Source: an uncultured Staphylococcaceae bacterium
GTDB lineage: Bacteria; Bacillota_I; Bacilli_A; ML615J-28; CAG-313
NCBI GenBank assembly: GCA_964474685.1
Contig: CAYYTE010000003.1
Location: forward strand, 1-46,527
Length of the DNA: 46,527 nucleotides
Reading direction: 5' to 3'
Position 1 is the stretch's first letter. Each line of letters begins with the position of its first letter. Both the position numbers and the translations under genes were made by a program. Below, piece by piece: positions 7,807 through 17,388 of the stretch. Below the pieces are notes generated by a model that worked only from the letters and a program-made list of their open reading frames with translations, ran no database searches and was not told the origin of the DNA.

Positions 7807-10323
7807 ATGAAAAAATTAGGAATAGTATTTTTAGTATTGTTTAGTTTAATGCTTTGTGGATGCAAGAAGAATCCTACGAGTATTGAATGTAGTTTAGATT
7901 TGCAAATGACATTAGGTGATAAACAAGAAGTAAGATGTTTAGTTAAGCCGGACAAGGCAGACCAAACATGTTCAATTATTATTGGCGATGAGTCTATTTT
8001 ATCACTGGATAAAACTGGTGGTACACCAGTACTCGTGGCTTCTAAAATAGGAAAAACAACGGTAAGAATTCAAGCAATAAGTGATGAGCTTATATTTAAA
8101 GAGTTTGAAATTACAGTTATTCTACCCAAAGCAACGGATATTGTTGTGGAAGAGTATTCTTCTGAATGTTTGGTTAACAAAAGATTTCAAATAATTGCAA
8201 AAGTAATACCTAGTAGCGCCGAGCAAACATTAATTTATTCTTCATTGAATCCGAATATTGCAAGTGTTGATGAAATGGGTAATGTTTTTTGCATAAAAGA
8301 AGGAGAAGTAACTATTTCTATGGAAACCTTAGATAAAAGCGTTAAAAAAACTATTACATTTAAAGTAATAGAACCGGATACAACGAAACCAAAGTTTTGG
8401 TTTGATGAAGGATTTATAAGTAATAAAACTATAAATTATAATGAGGCTTTTAATGAATTAGAAGGAATTCACGCAACTGATGAAGTGGATGGAGACGTGA
8501 CGAATTTAATTGAAGTCACTGGAATTGTAGATGTAAAAAAATGTGGAACATATGACCTAATTTATAAAGCCTTAGATAAATCGGGCAATTATGTTACTTT
8601 CAATCGTAAAATTGAGGTTATATATAATTATGGTGTTGAGTTCATTGGGCATGCGGGAAGTTACTATGGGATTATGAATAGTGAAGAAGCATTTTTAAAT
8701 GCTTGTAAAAAGTGTACATATCAATTACTTGAATGTGATTTAAGACAAACATCCGATGGTGTTTTTGTGTTATGTCATGATGAAACATTTGGAGGAGTTA
8801 CGATTGCTAGTACAACGTATGACAAGATTAAAGATGTTGAAGAAACAAAGAATCGTGGTGGAGTATCCTACACAACTACGATTTGTACATTAAAAAGATA
8901 TTTAGAGATATGTAAGACATATAATAAGATTGGTGTTATTGAGGTAAAATATTCAAATGGAATCAATAATAATGATCAATCACGTATGAAAGATTTTTTA
9001 GATTTTGTGAAATCAGTTGGAATGGATAGACAAATTATCCTATTAGGATCTCAGTATAAATGCTTAGAATGGACTAGAAATAATGGTTATGAATATATTC
9101 CATGTCAATATTTGGTAAAGTCAATAGAGTCTGAGGATACATTAAAACGATGTTTAGAAAATGATTTTGATATTAGTTTTAGTATTGATGACTCAAATTC
9201 TGAGGAATGGATAAAACGTTATAAAGATTATAATATAAAGGTTGCAAGTTATACATTTAGTCAATATAAAACAAAAACAGATTTACAAAAATGGATTAAC
9301 CTAGGCGTTGATTATGTAACTTGTGACTTGTTACAACCTTATGAAGTTGTTTTACCAAAAAAAGAAGTGGATACGACCGACTATTTCACTGTTACATTCA
9401 AGGACTATGATGGAACGATTTTAAAAACCTCAAAAGTAAAAGCAAAGCATAATGCGGTGTCTCCTCTTTCACCAAATAGAGAAGGCTATACATTTTTAGG
9501 ATGGGATAATTCATTAGAAAATATTGTGGAAGATACTACTTTTACAGCACAATATGAACTTAGTGTTTATAAGATTTTGTATAATTCCAATCTTTCAATT
9601 CGTGAAGAGGTAGAGTTTCCTACTAGAAAAGCATTTATTGAATTATTTTATCAAGACTTTTTTGATTGGTTAAAAACAAATTGTAATACTATTTTAGGAT
9701 TAACGAGTGCTACAACTAATGATGTTACGACATATTCTTATGTTGTTGGTTCTACAACCGCAACTTTTACAGATGTAAATAGTTTAATTAATGTGGATAA
9801 ATATATATTTGAAAAAACATTAAGTGGCTTAATCTATGCACCTACTTCCAGAACAACAGACGCGGCTGTTGTTCCAATCGTGAACGAAAGTTTCTTTTTA
9901 AATAGTAGTAAATACAGAGACAAATATATAAATATGGATGAATATTTTTTAGCATGTGCAGTTAGTTATTCGTATGATACGAATTACAAAAGAAATAGTT
10001 CAGGAAAGATTCAAGTGATGTTTCGTTTTCAACAATGGTGCCAAGGCTCTATGAAAGATGAAGCCTATAGTGCGATTGCATCACTAAATACTCTACCTAT
10101 TGTATATAATTTAAAATCAGTAGAGACAACGAATCTTGTTATGCCTAAAAATAGCACTTATACAATTTTACAGGAAGTTGTTTTAGAAGCTCCTACTTGT
10201 GATGGTTATACTTTTTTAGGATGGTATTTAGATTATCAAGGTACTTCAGATAAGATCACAGTTATTCCTTTAGGAAGCACAAAGGATTATACACTTTTCG
10301 CAAAGTGGGAAAAGAACGCTTAA
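7807..10323 (+). CDS. surface lipoprotein: Big_2-like repeats + glycerophosphodiester phosphodiesterase domain + Listeria/Bacteroides-type (flg_new) repeats
   Basis: Lipobox MKKLGIVFLVLFSLMLCGC. GDPD motifs FIGHAGS...NSEEAF...ECDLRQTSDGVFVLCHDETF. Two GYTFLGW repeat modules (FTVTFKDYDG...REGYTFLGWD and CDGYTFLGWY). Confidence 0.7.
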   Translation: MKKLGIVFLVLFSLMLCGCKKNPTSIECSLDLQMTLGDKQEVRCLVKPDKADQTCSIIIGDESILSLDKTGGTPVLVASKIGKTTVRIQAISDELIFKEFEITVILPKATDIVVEEYSSECLVNKRFQIIAKVIPSSAEQTLIYSSLNPNIASVDEMGNVFCIKEGEVTISMETLDKSVKKTITFKVIEPDTTKPKFWFDEGFISNKTINYNEAFNELEGIHATDEVDGDVTNLIEVTGIVDVKKCGTYDLIYKALDKSGNYVTFNRKIEVIYNYGVEFIGHAGSYYGIMNSEEAFLNACKKCTYQLLECDLRQTSDGVFVLCHDETFGGVTIASTTYDKIKDVEETKNRGGVSYTTTICTLKRYLEICKTYNKIGVIEVKYSNGINNNDQSRMKDFLDFVKSVGMDRQIILLGSQYKCLEWTRNNGYEYIPCQYLVKSIESEDTLKRCLENDFDISFSIDDSNSEEWIKRYKDYNIKVASYTFSQYKTKTDLQKWINLGVDYVTCDLLQPYEVVLPKKEVDTTDYFTVTFKDYDGTILKTSKVKAKHNAVSPLSPNREGYTFLGWDNSLENIVEDTTFTAQYELSVYKILYNSNLSIREEVEFPTRKAFIELFYQDFFDWLKTNCNTILGLTSATTNDVTTYSYVVGSTTATFTDVNSLINVDKYIFEKTLSGLIYAPTSRTTDAAVVPIVNESFFLNSSKYRDKYINMDEYFLACAVSYSYDTNYKRNSSGKIQVMFRFQQWCQGSMKDEAYSAIASLNTLPIVYNLKSVETTNLVMPKNSTYTILQEVVLEAPTCDGYTFLGWYLDYQGTSDKITVIPLGSTKDYTLFAKWEKNA

Positions 10324-10326
10324 TAT

Positions 10327-10357
10327 AAAAAGAAGAAAGTTTAGCTTTCTTCTTTTC
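10327..10357. terminator. bidirectional terminator shared by convergent genes
   Basis: AAAAGAAGAAAG/CTTTCTTCTTTT 12-bp stem with A/T runs on both sides. It overlaps the last codons of recU. Confidence 0.55.
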
Positions 10358-10976
10358 TTTCTTGAAAAAATATTTTATCCACAGTTTTTATATAATCAAC
10401 AGGTGCATTATAAGTTGTTTCTACCACTAAACAATTCTCTTCGCAATAATCAAAAGGAATTGATTTTCTTCCTCCTTTTTTTGATTGGTCATACAATTCT
10501 ACTAAGGAAGAGGCGGGGATTACAAATATTTTTTGTATAGGGACAAATTCTAATAGTAAAAAAGCAATACCACCTAATGATTGAATAAATCGTAGATGTT
10601 CGATTTGGTGAGCATATATATGAGTGAAAGCAAAACTTGTTGAGTGACAACTTTTTGCTTCAAAGTCGATATATTTATGGTTGTATATTCCATTGTAATC
10701 AGTTGTTGATGGAGTTCTGTAATATGCTTCGGTAATTCTTGCTTTACTACGGTTGGGGTAATCTACCGAAACAACTTGAATGGGTGTAGGTTTTTTATAG
10801 ATACAGGCGATTTTTTTGTTTCGATAATATTCGTTCGAGTGATTGATTCTAGTTTCAAAATCTTCTCCTAGTTTGGCTTTTTTTGTATTTTTCGTATGTA
10901 GGGGAGTTTGCTTTGTTTGATGTATCATCGTTCCTGCGGGATAGACTATTTTATTTTGTTTAATTGTCTCAGACAT
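10341..10976 (-). CDS. recU: Holliday junction resolvase RecU
   Basis: RecU-like sequence (NHSNEYYRNKKIACIYKKPTPIQVV...DYNGIY..YIDFEAKS). ATG 10976 has AAAGGA 7 nt upstream. The ORF-track start at 10991 is a TTG without an RBS. Confidence 0.85.
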   Translation of the reverse strand: MSETIKQNKIVYPAGTMIHQTKQTPLHTKNTKKAKLGEDFETRINHSNEYYRNKKIACIYKKPTPIQVVSVDYPNRSKARITEAYYRTPSTTDYNGIYNHKYIDFEAKSCHSTSFAFTHIYAHQIEHLRFIQSLGGIAFLLLEFVPIQKIFVIPASSLVELYDQSKKGGRKSIPFDYCEENCLVVETTYNAPVDYIKTVDKIFFQERKEES

Positions 10977-11127
10977 ATGAATTCCTTTCAAATCAATATA
11001 TTCAAATTATATCAAATATTCGTTGAACATTCAAGTGGATTTAACTATATTTAAAAAATTAAAAAAAAGTTGATTCTTTTCGTTTTTTGGATGCTTTTTG
11101 ATATAATATTACAAGAGAGGTAATAAT

Positions 11128-11829
11128 ATGTATTATTTAGCAACACCTAAAATCTTTGGGTTCGGTCATCTTTTATTCATTTTTGTATTTATAGTGCTAA
11201 GTGTAGTTTCTATTTACTTGGTTAAGAAGAATTGTACTACAGAGGCATCATTAAAGAAAGTAGTGAAGGGCTTTGGATGGTTTCTTCTTGCTATGATTAT
11301 TTTTAGTAGAGTTTCTATTACCGTTGTATCTAAGAGGTGGTTTGATATATTTCCGGATAGTTTTTGTGCTACAAGTAGCCTTTTATTTGCACTTGCTATT
11401 ATTATTGGAAAAAAAGATAATATTGCTTTACATGGCTTTGCCTATATCGGGGTAATGGGTGGAATTGCAACCCTCATTTATCCTGACTTTATTACTCAAA
11501 GTACAACTTATTTATTTCTTCCGACAATATCAGGGTTACTTCATCATTCGGTATCGGTATATTTATTTTTCTTAATTCTTTGTACTGGATATTTGAAACC
11601 GACGATTCGGAAGTGGTATGTGATTTTATTATGTGGATGTATATTTATGACTTATGGACTTTTATTATATCAGTTATTTAACCTTCCGGGCGCAATGTTG
11701 ATTGGACAGCCGGTAATCCCGAATACTATCTTTTATTGGTATGTGATTGGGCCTTTATTCTTATTAGCCTATTATATATTTATATTGATATGGGAGTATT
11801 GTAAAAACAAAAGGCAAACTTCCTTATAG
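11128..11829 (+). CDS. integral membrane protein, possibly YwaF/TIGR02206-like
   Basis: About 7 predicted hydrophobic helices. FPDSFCATSSLLF resembles the conserved P..LC motif of the family. The family call is tentative. Confidence 0.45.
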   Translation: MYYLATPKIFGFGHLLFIFVFIVLSVVSIYLVKKNCTTEASLKKVVKGFGWFLLAMIIFSRVSITVVSKRWFDIFPDSFCATSSLLFALAIIIGKKDNIALHGFAYIGVMGGIATLIYPDFITQSTTYLFLPTISGLLHHSVSVYLFFLILCTGYLKPTIRKWYVILLCGCIFMTYGLLLYQLFNLPGAMLIGQPVIPNTIFYWYVIGPLFLLAYYIFILIWEYCKNKRQTSL

Positions 11830-11830
11830 A

Positions 11831-11882
11831 ACTATTTCATTTGGATATTTCGTATTTGGTTCTATGAATTAAATGAAATAGT
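11831..11882 (+). terminator. hairpin / possible terminator after the membrane-protein gene
   Basis: Perfect 12-bp stem ACTATTTCATTT/AAATGAAATAGT with a 28-nt loop. There is no clear T-run. Confidence 0.35.
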
Positions 11883-11976
11883 ATTATTCGATATTATATT
11901 TTGTTCTAATTTCATTTGACAAAATATCTAATTTTAATCTCTAGTGTTATCGTTTACATTTTTTCATTAATATTCA

Positions 11977-12005
11977 TTGACTTATAGAATGAAAAATGGT
12001 ATAAT
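11977..12005 (+). promoter_or_regulatory. sigma-70-type promoter upstream of rny
   Basis: TTGACT (11977-11982), 17-nt spacer ending in TGG, TATAAT (12000-12005). Confidence 0.6.
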
Positions 12006-12081
12006 AATAAGGTATGAATTATAATTAATTGAAAGTATATATATTTATTCTTTATACAAATATAATAAAAGAGGAGAAAAT

Positions 12082-13662
12082 ATGACTATTGAAGTATGGT
12101 TATTTATTCTTCTCCTTGTTCTTGCAATCGCCTTGGGCGGTTTTATTGCGGGTATAATTTCTTTCAACAAAGGTAAGGCGATAACAGAAGAAAAGTATGT
12201 TCGTCTTGGCAAAGAGGCTGATAAGATTATTGTGGATGCTACTAAAGAAGGAGAATCTAAGAAAAAAGAATTACTTCTTGAAGCAAAAGCAGAAATTGCG
12301 GATTTAAAAAATTCACAAGCAAAAGAATATCAGGATAAAAAACAAGAATTATTACAGGATTCTCAAAAGTTATCAAAGCGTGAAGACAGTTTAGATACTA
12401 GAACTTTAAACCTTGATAAAAGAGAAGACACGTTAATTCTTAAAGAAAACAAATTAGAAACTCGTATTTCTGAAGTAGAAAAACGCAATGAACAAGTAGA
12501 AGAGTTAATTACACAACAAGAAACAAAATTAAATGAAATTGCGGCTTTAACACAAGACCAAGCACGTCAAATTATTCTTTCAAAATTAGAAACTGAAATG
12601 AATCAAGAACTTGCATTGTATGTTAAAGATGAAACAGAAAAAGCAAAGAGTGAAGCATCGAAGAAATCGCAAATGATTTTAGCAAATGCTATTCAACAAT
12701 ATGCAAATGAAACAGTACAAGAAAAAACTGTATCGGTTATTGCATTACCCAATGATGAAATGAAAGGTAGAATTATTGGACGTGAAGGTCGTAATATTCG
12801 TGCCATTGAATCAGTTACAGGAGTAGATTTAATTATTGATGATACTCCAGATTCAATTGTTATTTCATGCTTTGATCCAATTCGTAGAGAAATTGCAAGG
12901 AGAACTCTTGAAACTCTTATTCAAGATGGAAGAATTCAACCTCCAAGGATTGAAGAAGTATTTGCGAAATGCACAAAAGAGTTAGAAAATGAAATGCGTG
13001 AAGAGGGAGAAAAGGCTGTCTTTGAAGTTGGTATTGGAAAGATTCATCCAGAATTAATTAAGCTTATTGGACGTTTATATTTCCGTACAAGTTATGGACA
13101 AAATGCTTTAGCTCATTCAAAAGAAGTGGCTTTCCTTGCGGGAAAGATGGCATCTGAAATTGGTGCGGATGAAACACTTGCGCGTAGAGCGGGTCTTCTT
13201 CATGATATAGGAAAAGCAGTTGACCATGAACAAGAAGGTAGTCACGTTGAGATTGGTGTTGAGATTGCCACAAAGTTTAGAGAAAACGATGTTGTAATTA
13301 ATGCAATTGCATCTCATCATGGCGATGTAGAAGCAAACAATGTTATTTCATTCTTAGTTGCGGCTGCGGATACGTTATCAGCTGCTCGTCCAGGGGCAAG
13401 ATCTGAATCTTTGGATAACTATATTAAACGTTTGGAACAATTAGAACAATTATCAAATGAATTCAAAGGTGTTGACAAGACTTACGCTTTACAAGCAGGT
13501 CGTGAAGTAAGAATTATTGTAAAACCTGAAGAAATCAATGATGCGGAAGCAGTTAAACTTGCACGTGATATTAAGAATAAGATTGAGACTACTATGAATT
13601 ATCCAGGTACAATTAAGGTAATGGTAATTCGTGAAACTCGTGCAACAGAGACGGCAAGATAA
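12082..13662 (+). CDS. rny: ribonuclease Y
   Basis: N-terminal TM helix, coiled coil, KH domain ([15 protein letters not shown]) and HD domain ([12 protein letters not shown]). Confidence 0.95.
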   Translation: MTIEVWLFILLLVLAIALGGFIAGIISFNKGKAITEEKYVRLGKEADKIIVDATKEGESKKKELLLEAKAEIADLKNSQAKEYQDKKQELLQDSQKLSKREDSLDTRTLNLDKREDTLILKENKLETRISEVEKRNEQVEELITQQETKLNEIAALTQDQARQIILSKLETEMNQELALYVKDETEKAKSEASKKSQMILANAIQQYANETVQEKTVSVIALPNDEMKGRIIGREGRNIRAIESVTGVDLIIDDTPDSIVISCFDPIRREIARRTLETLIQDGRIQPPRIEEVFAKCTKELENEMREEGEKAVFEVGIGKIHPELIKLIGRLYFRTSYGQNALAHSKEVAFLAGKMASEIGADETLARRAGLLHDIGKAVDHEQEGSHVEIGVEIATKFRENDVVINAIASHHGDVEANNVISFLVAAADTLSAARPGARSESLDNYIKRLEQLEQLSNEFKGVDKTYALQAGREVRIIVKPEEINDAEAVKLARDIKNKIETTMNYPGTIKVMVIRETRATETAR

Positions 13663-13667
13663 TTTCT

Positions 13668-14444
13668 ATGAATATTTTATTTGTTGGTGATGTATTTGGT
13701 GAAATGGGACGTGCTGCTTTTACTAAATGTTTAAAAGAAATAAGAGAAACAAAAATCATTCATTATTTAATTGTGAATGGTGAGAATATTGCTCATGGAA
13801 CCGGAATCACTGAAGAATATTATAAGTATTTATTACAACAAAATACGAATGTGGTTACATTAGGAAATCATGCTTTTAGTAATCGTAGTGTATTTGATTT
13901 TATTGATAGTGCATCAAAATTGGTGCGGCCGCTCAATTATCCAGATCATACTCCGGGAGTTGGTTATGTCACACAGACTTTCAATTCAAAAACAATTACG
14001 GTATTTCAAGTAATGGGAAGAACATTTATGAACTCAGCTTTAGATTGCCCCTTTCAAGCAACTGAAAAGTTATTGAAAGAAGTAAAAAGTGATATTTATA
14101 TTTGTGATTTTCATGGTGAAGCTACATCAGAAAAGATTGCTTTCGGGCTGAATTTTGATGGAAGAGTTCAAATGGTAGTTGGAACACACACCCATGTTCA
14201 AACCAATGATGCTCATATTTTGCCAAAAGGCACACTATTTATGAGTGATGCGGGTATGACTGGTTCTTTAGATGGTGTTATTGGTGTACAACCTGAAATT
14301 ATTATTAAAAAATTTGTTACGGGTCTTCCTGAACGGCATGTGCCAATGTCGAAAGGAAAGCACCAATTTTCAGGCCTTTATGTGGAGTTAAATGATTCTA
14401 CATCACGTATAGACCGTTTTGAAATAATTCATAAAATTTATTAA
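13668..14444 (+). CDS. ymdB: YmdB-family metallophosphoesterase (2',3'-cyclic-nucleotide phosphodiesterase)
   Basis: MNILFVGDVFG, NGENIAHG and LGNH metallophosphoesterase motifs. The rny-ymdB adjacency is conserved. Confidence 0.85.
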   Translation: MNILFVGDVFGEMGRAAFTKCLKEIRETKIIHYLIVNGENIAHGTGITEEYYKYLLQQNTNVVTLGNHAFSNRSVFDFIDSASKLVRPLNYPDHTPGVGYVTQTFNSKTITVFQVMGRTFMNSALDCPFQATEKLLKEVKSDIYICDFHGEATSEKIAFGLNFDGRVQMVVGTHTHVQTNDAHILPKGTLFMSDAGMTGSLDGVIGVQPEIIIKKFVTGLPERHVPMSKGKHQFSGLYVELNDSTSRIDRFEIIHKIY

Positions 14445-14445
14445 T

Positions 14446-14475
14446 AAAAGTTGGCGACGTGCCAACTTTTATTTT
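14446..14475 (+). terminator. intrinsic terminator after ymdB
   Basis: AAAAGTTGGC-gacgt-GCCAACTTTT stem followed by TTTTATTTT. Confidence 0.7.
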
Positions 14476-14491
14476 AATAGGAGATGATAAT

Positions 14492-15052
14492 ATGAGTTTA
14501 CCAATTCTTGTAACAGACCGTTTGATTATTCGGCCATTATCTATTAGTGATGCGGAAGATATGTATGAATATGCGAAAACGGATTTTGTTGGTCCTTGGG
14601 CAGGATGGGAGCCACATAGGTCGATTAGTGATACAATGGCAATCATTCGGGCAATGACTTCTTTAACTGGATATCATCAATTGGGAAATTGGGCAATCAT
14701 CTACAAAGAAAATCATAAGATGATTGGGACAATTGAATTTTTCAATTATACACCGATGTTTAAAGCGGAACTTGGATATGCGTTAAACAATAATTATTGG
14801 GGGCAAGGCATTGTTCCTGAAGCGGGTTTTGCTGTGCTCGAGTATGGATTTTGTGTTTTAAAATTAAAACGCGTTGAAGTAGAGGTTTTTACGAATAATA
14901 TTCGGTCTCAAAAGGTTTGCGAAAAACTTGGTTTTGTATATGAAGGTACCTCTCGAAATGGATATCTTCGATATGATGGAAAGGTATTTGACAAGATGAG
15001 TTATGGTATGACCGATACGGATTATTTCAAAAAGAAAAAAATAGAAAACTAG
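14492..15052 (+). CDS. GNAT family N-acetyltransferase (RimJ/RimL-like)
   Basis: LIIRPLSISDAEDMYEY and an acetyl-CoA motif region, WGQGIVPEA. TAGGAGA RBS precedes ATG 14492. The ORF-track GTG at 14459 lies within the terminator hairpin. Confidence 0.75.
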   Translation: MSLPILVTDRLIIRPLSISDAEDMYEYAKTDFVGPWAGWEPHRSISDTMAIIRAMTSLTGYHQLGNWAIIYKENHKMIGTIEFFNYTPMFKAELGYALNNNYWGQGIVPEAGFAVLEYGFCVLKLKRVEVEVFTNNIRSQKVCEKLGFVYEGTSRNGYLRYDGKVFDKMSYGMTDTDYFKKKKIEN

Positions 15053-15060
15053 AGGAAGTT

Positions 15061-16506
15061 ATGGAAAATAATAAGTATAGTATAGAATTAGATCCTTCAA
15101 TAAATCAAGCAAGAAAAAGAAGAGGTACTCCTGTTCAAATTATTGATTTTTGTTTAAATTCACAATTTATAAATCTTGGTAGTGGTAAAACATATATGGT
15201 AAAAACCTATGGTTGTCAAGGTAATCTTGCGGATGGGGAAACCATTATGGGTATTTTAGAAGCTATGGGATTTGTAGAAACAACGGAAGAAACTAAAGCG
15301 GATGTAGTAATATTTAATACTTGCGCAATCAGAGAAAATGCGGAAGACCGTGTATTTGGTGAAATTGGTCGTTTTGAAAAGTTTAAAAGAAAACACCCGA
15401 ATATGATTATTGGTGTATGTGGGTGCATGAGCCAAGAAGAAAAAGTTGTTAATAAGATAAAAACTACCTACCCACAAGTGGATTTAATTTTTGGTACTCA
15501 TAATATTGCTAGTCTTCCTACATTATTAAATGATGTAATAAAAAATCATTTAAAAGTGGTTGAAGTATTATCTGTTGAGGGTGATATTTACGAAGGTGTA
15601 CCGATGAAGAGATTGAACGAATCAAAAGCATGGGTAGATATTATGTATGGTTGTGATGAATTTTGTACCTATTGTATAGTTCCTTACACGAGAGGAAAAG
15701 AAAGGTCAAGAAAACCAGAGGCTATTATTAAAGAAGTGGATCAATTAATTCAACTTGGATATAAAGAAGTAACTTTACTAGGACAAAATGTAAATGCTTA
15801 TGGGAAAGATTTTAGTGATTGTAATTACACTTTTGGTAATTTATTAATGGATTTACATAAGTTGCCTATTGAACGTATTCGATTTACTACCTCGCACCCA
15901 AGGGATTTAGATGAACTTACCATGCAAGCAATGGCGCTGGGTGGTAACATTATGCCACACCTACATTTGCCTGTTCAATCTGGAAATGATGAAGTATTGC
16001 ATCGGATGAATCGTAAATATACAAGAGGAGAATATCTTAGTAAGATTAACAGATTAAAAGAATTAGTTCCTGGTATTAGTATTACGACTGATATCATCGT
16101 TGCGTTTCCTGGAGAAACTGAAAAACAATTTGAGGATACTATTTCTCTTGTGAAAGATGTTGAGTTTGAAGGTGCCTATACTTTTATATACTCACCTAGG
16201 GAAGGTACTCCTGCATCAAAATATGAAAACTCGTTAACTGAAGAGGAAAAACATATTCGCTTAAACAAACTAAATGATGTTGTAAATGAGTATAGTTTAA
16301 AAGGAGAGTTACGTTTCGAAAATAAACTTGTAAAAGTGCTAGTAGAAGGCCCTAGTAAAAATAATAAGGATATGATGTGTGGTTATACTGAACATGAGAA
16401 ACTTGTAAATTTTAAAGGAGATAAATCTTTAATTGGTAAAATAGTCACAGTTAAGATATCTAAAGCTTATTCTTGGCATTTATTTGGTGAGATTGTTGAT
16501 AATTAG
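15061..16506 (+). CDS. miaB: tRNA-2-methylthio-N6-dimethylallyladenosine synthase
   Basis: N-terminal UPF0004 cysteines (TYGCQGN, NTCAIRE, GCM), radical-SAM motif CDEFCTYCIVP, and a C-terminal TRAM-like region. Confidence 0.9.
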   Translation: MENNKYSIELDPSINQARKRRGTPVQIIDFCLNSQFINLGSGKTYMVKTYGCQGNLADGETIMGILEAMGFVETTEETKADVVIFNTCAIRENAEDRVFGEIGRFEKFKRKHPNMIIGVCGCMSQEEKVVNKIKTTYPQVDLIFGTHNIASLPTLLNDVIKNHLKVVEVLSVEGDIYEGVPMKRLNESKAWVDIMYGCDEFCTYCIVPYTRGKERSRKPEAIIKEVDQLIQLGYKEVTLLGQNVNAYGKDFSDCNYTFGNLLMDLHKLPIERIRFTTSHPRDLDELTMQAMALGGNIMPHLHLPVQSGNDEVLHRMNRKYTRGEYLSKINRLKELVPGISITTDIIVAFPGETEKQFEDTISLVKDVEFEGAYTFIYSPREGTPASKYENSLTEEEKHIRLNKLNDVVNEYSLKGELRFENKLVKVLVEGPSKNNKDMMCGYTEHEKLVNFKGDKSLIGKIVTVKISKAYSWHLFGEIVDN

Positions 16507-16514
16507 ATATAATT

Positions 16515-16560
16515 AGTTCTATTGGTAATTTTATTATAAATTCCAATAGGACTTTTTTTA
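16515..16560 (+). terminator. intrinsic terminator after miaB
   Basis: AGTTCTATTGG/CCAATAGGACT stem (one G-U pair) followed by a T6 run. Confidence 0.65.
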
Positions 16561-16672
16561 TCACTATTTTATTTAATCGAAGTCTTGTTTATATAATATA
16601 TTTTCAAATTACTTAATTTATAACATGCTAAAACGCAAACGAACTAATATATCATCCGTACTCTAAGTTTTC

Positions 16673-16691
16673 TTTTAGAGTTGTTGTACTA
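16673..16691 (-). repeat. inverted copy (18/19) of the 23-nt repeat core
   Basis: TTTTAGAGTTGTTGTACTA compared with the reverse complement of the 17067/17132 repeat (TTTTACAGTTGTTGTACTA). A further GTTGTACT lies at 16696-16703. Confidence 0.6.
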
Positions 16692-17066
16692 TAATGTTGT
16701 ACTTTTTAAAAAGTAAGATGCAAATATTAATATATAATGATGAATATTATTCTTTTTTGTGATAAAAGGACTGGGGTCCTTTCCTGAATCATTATCTAGT
16801 TTCTCATTCATTTGGGCTTTAAATTGTTTCAAAAGATCAAGTTAAAAAATTTCAAAATAAACCTATTTTATATTTCAAAAAAAGTGATGAAGTTAAAGAG
16901 TTTCTTAAGGAAAAGTGTTGGTATAGAATGTAATAATTTAACAATCATTTGTCCGCTAATATTTCTTTGATAATGTTTTTTTACTATTAAATAAATTACC
17001 ATATGGAAATTACTATTATTAGATAAGAATACTTATTTAAATATGTGTTCATTTAGTATATAATTC

Positions 17067-17089
17067 TTCTTAGTACAACAACTGTAAAA
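17067..17089 (+). repeat. 23-nt direct repeat, copy 1
   Basis: TTCTTAGTACAACAACTGTAAAA, identical to 17132-17154. Confidence 0.85.
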
Positions 17090-17131
17090 GAAACAATAAA
17101 TTCGTTAGCCCCTAGAATTCTACTTGTGGTA

Positions 17132-17154
17132 TTCTTAGTACAACAACTGTAAAA
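17132..17154 (+). repeat. 23-nt direct repeat, copy 2
   Basis: TTCTTAGTACAACAACTGTAAAA, identical to 17067-17089. It starts 65 bp after copy 1 and ends 27 bp upstream of the -35 box. Confidence 0.85.
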
Positions 17155-17181
17155 TAAGAATTTATAAAAAGATAAAACTAA

Positions 17182-17210
17182 TTGAATTGAATTTCTATCT
17201 ATGGTATAAT
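17182..17210 (+). promoter_or_regulatory. sigma-70-type promoter of the mgtE leader
   Basis: TTGAAT (17182-17187), 17-nt spacer ending in TGG, TATAAT (17205-17210). Confidence 0.6.
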
Positions 17211-17233
17211 ATATATATTGGAGGAATAATTAT

Positions 17234-17347
17234 ATGAATAGTGTGCCTGACCCGTGTCAGCCTTTAGAAAATGAAATTAAAGTTAAAAATTCAACAAATA
17301 CATTTATAGAAGTTTGGGAAGAAACTAGAGATAAAGATAAAGAATAG
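17234..17347 (+). CDS. 37-codon leader ORF / small protein upstream of mgtE
   Basis: GGAGG (17220-17224) lies 9 nt before ATG 17234. Product is MNSVPDPCQPLENEIKVKNSTNTFIEVWEETRDKDKE, with stop TAG at 17345-17347. The ORF is below the ORF-track length cut-off. Whether it encodes a functional product is unproven. Confidence 0.45.
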   Translation: MNSVPDPCQPLENEIKVKNSTNTFIEVWEETRDKDKE

Positions 17348-17350
17348 TTA

Positions 17351-17388
17351 TTTTCCCTCTTACTAGATGTATTAGAAAAGAGGGAAAA
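17351..17388 (+). promoter_or_regulatory. RBS-sequestering hairpin in front of mgtE
   Basis: Perfect 11-bp stem TTTTCCCTCTT (17351-17361) / AAGAGGGAAAA (17378-17388) with a 16-nt loop. The 3' arm contains the GAGGG Shine-Dalgarno and the A of the mgtE ATG. No T-run follows. Confidence 0.55.

Noticed and set aside
14398-14646. Minus-strand 82-aa ORF spanning the ymdB end, the terminator and the GNAT start.
   Set aside because: It overlaps two supported genes and an intrinsic terminator on the opposite strand, and has no RBS.
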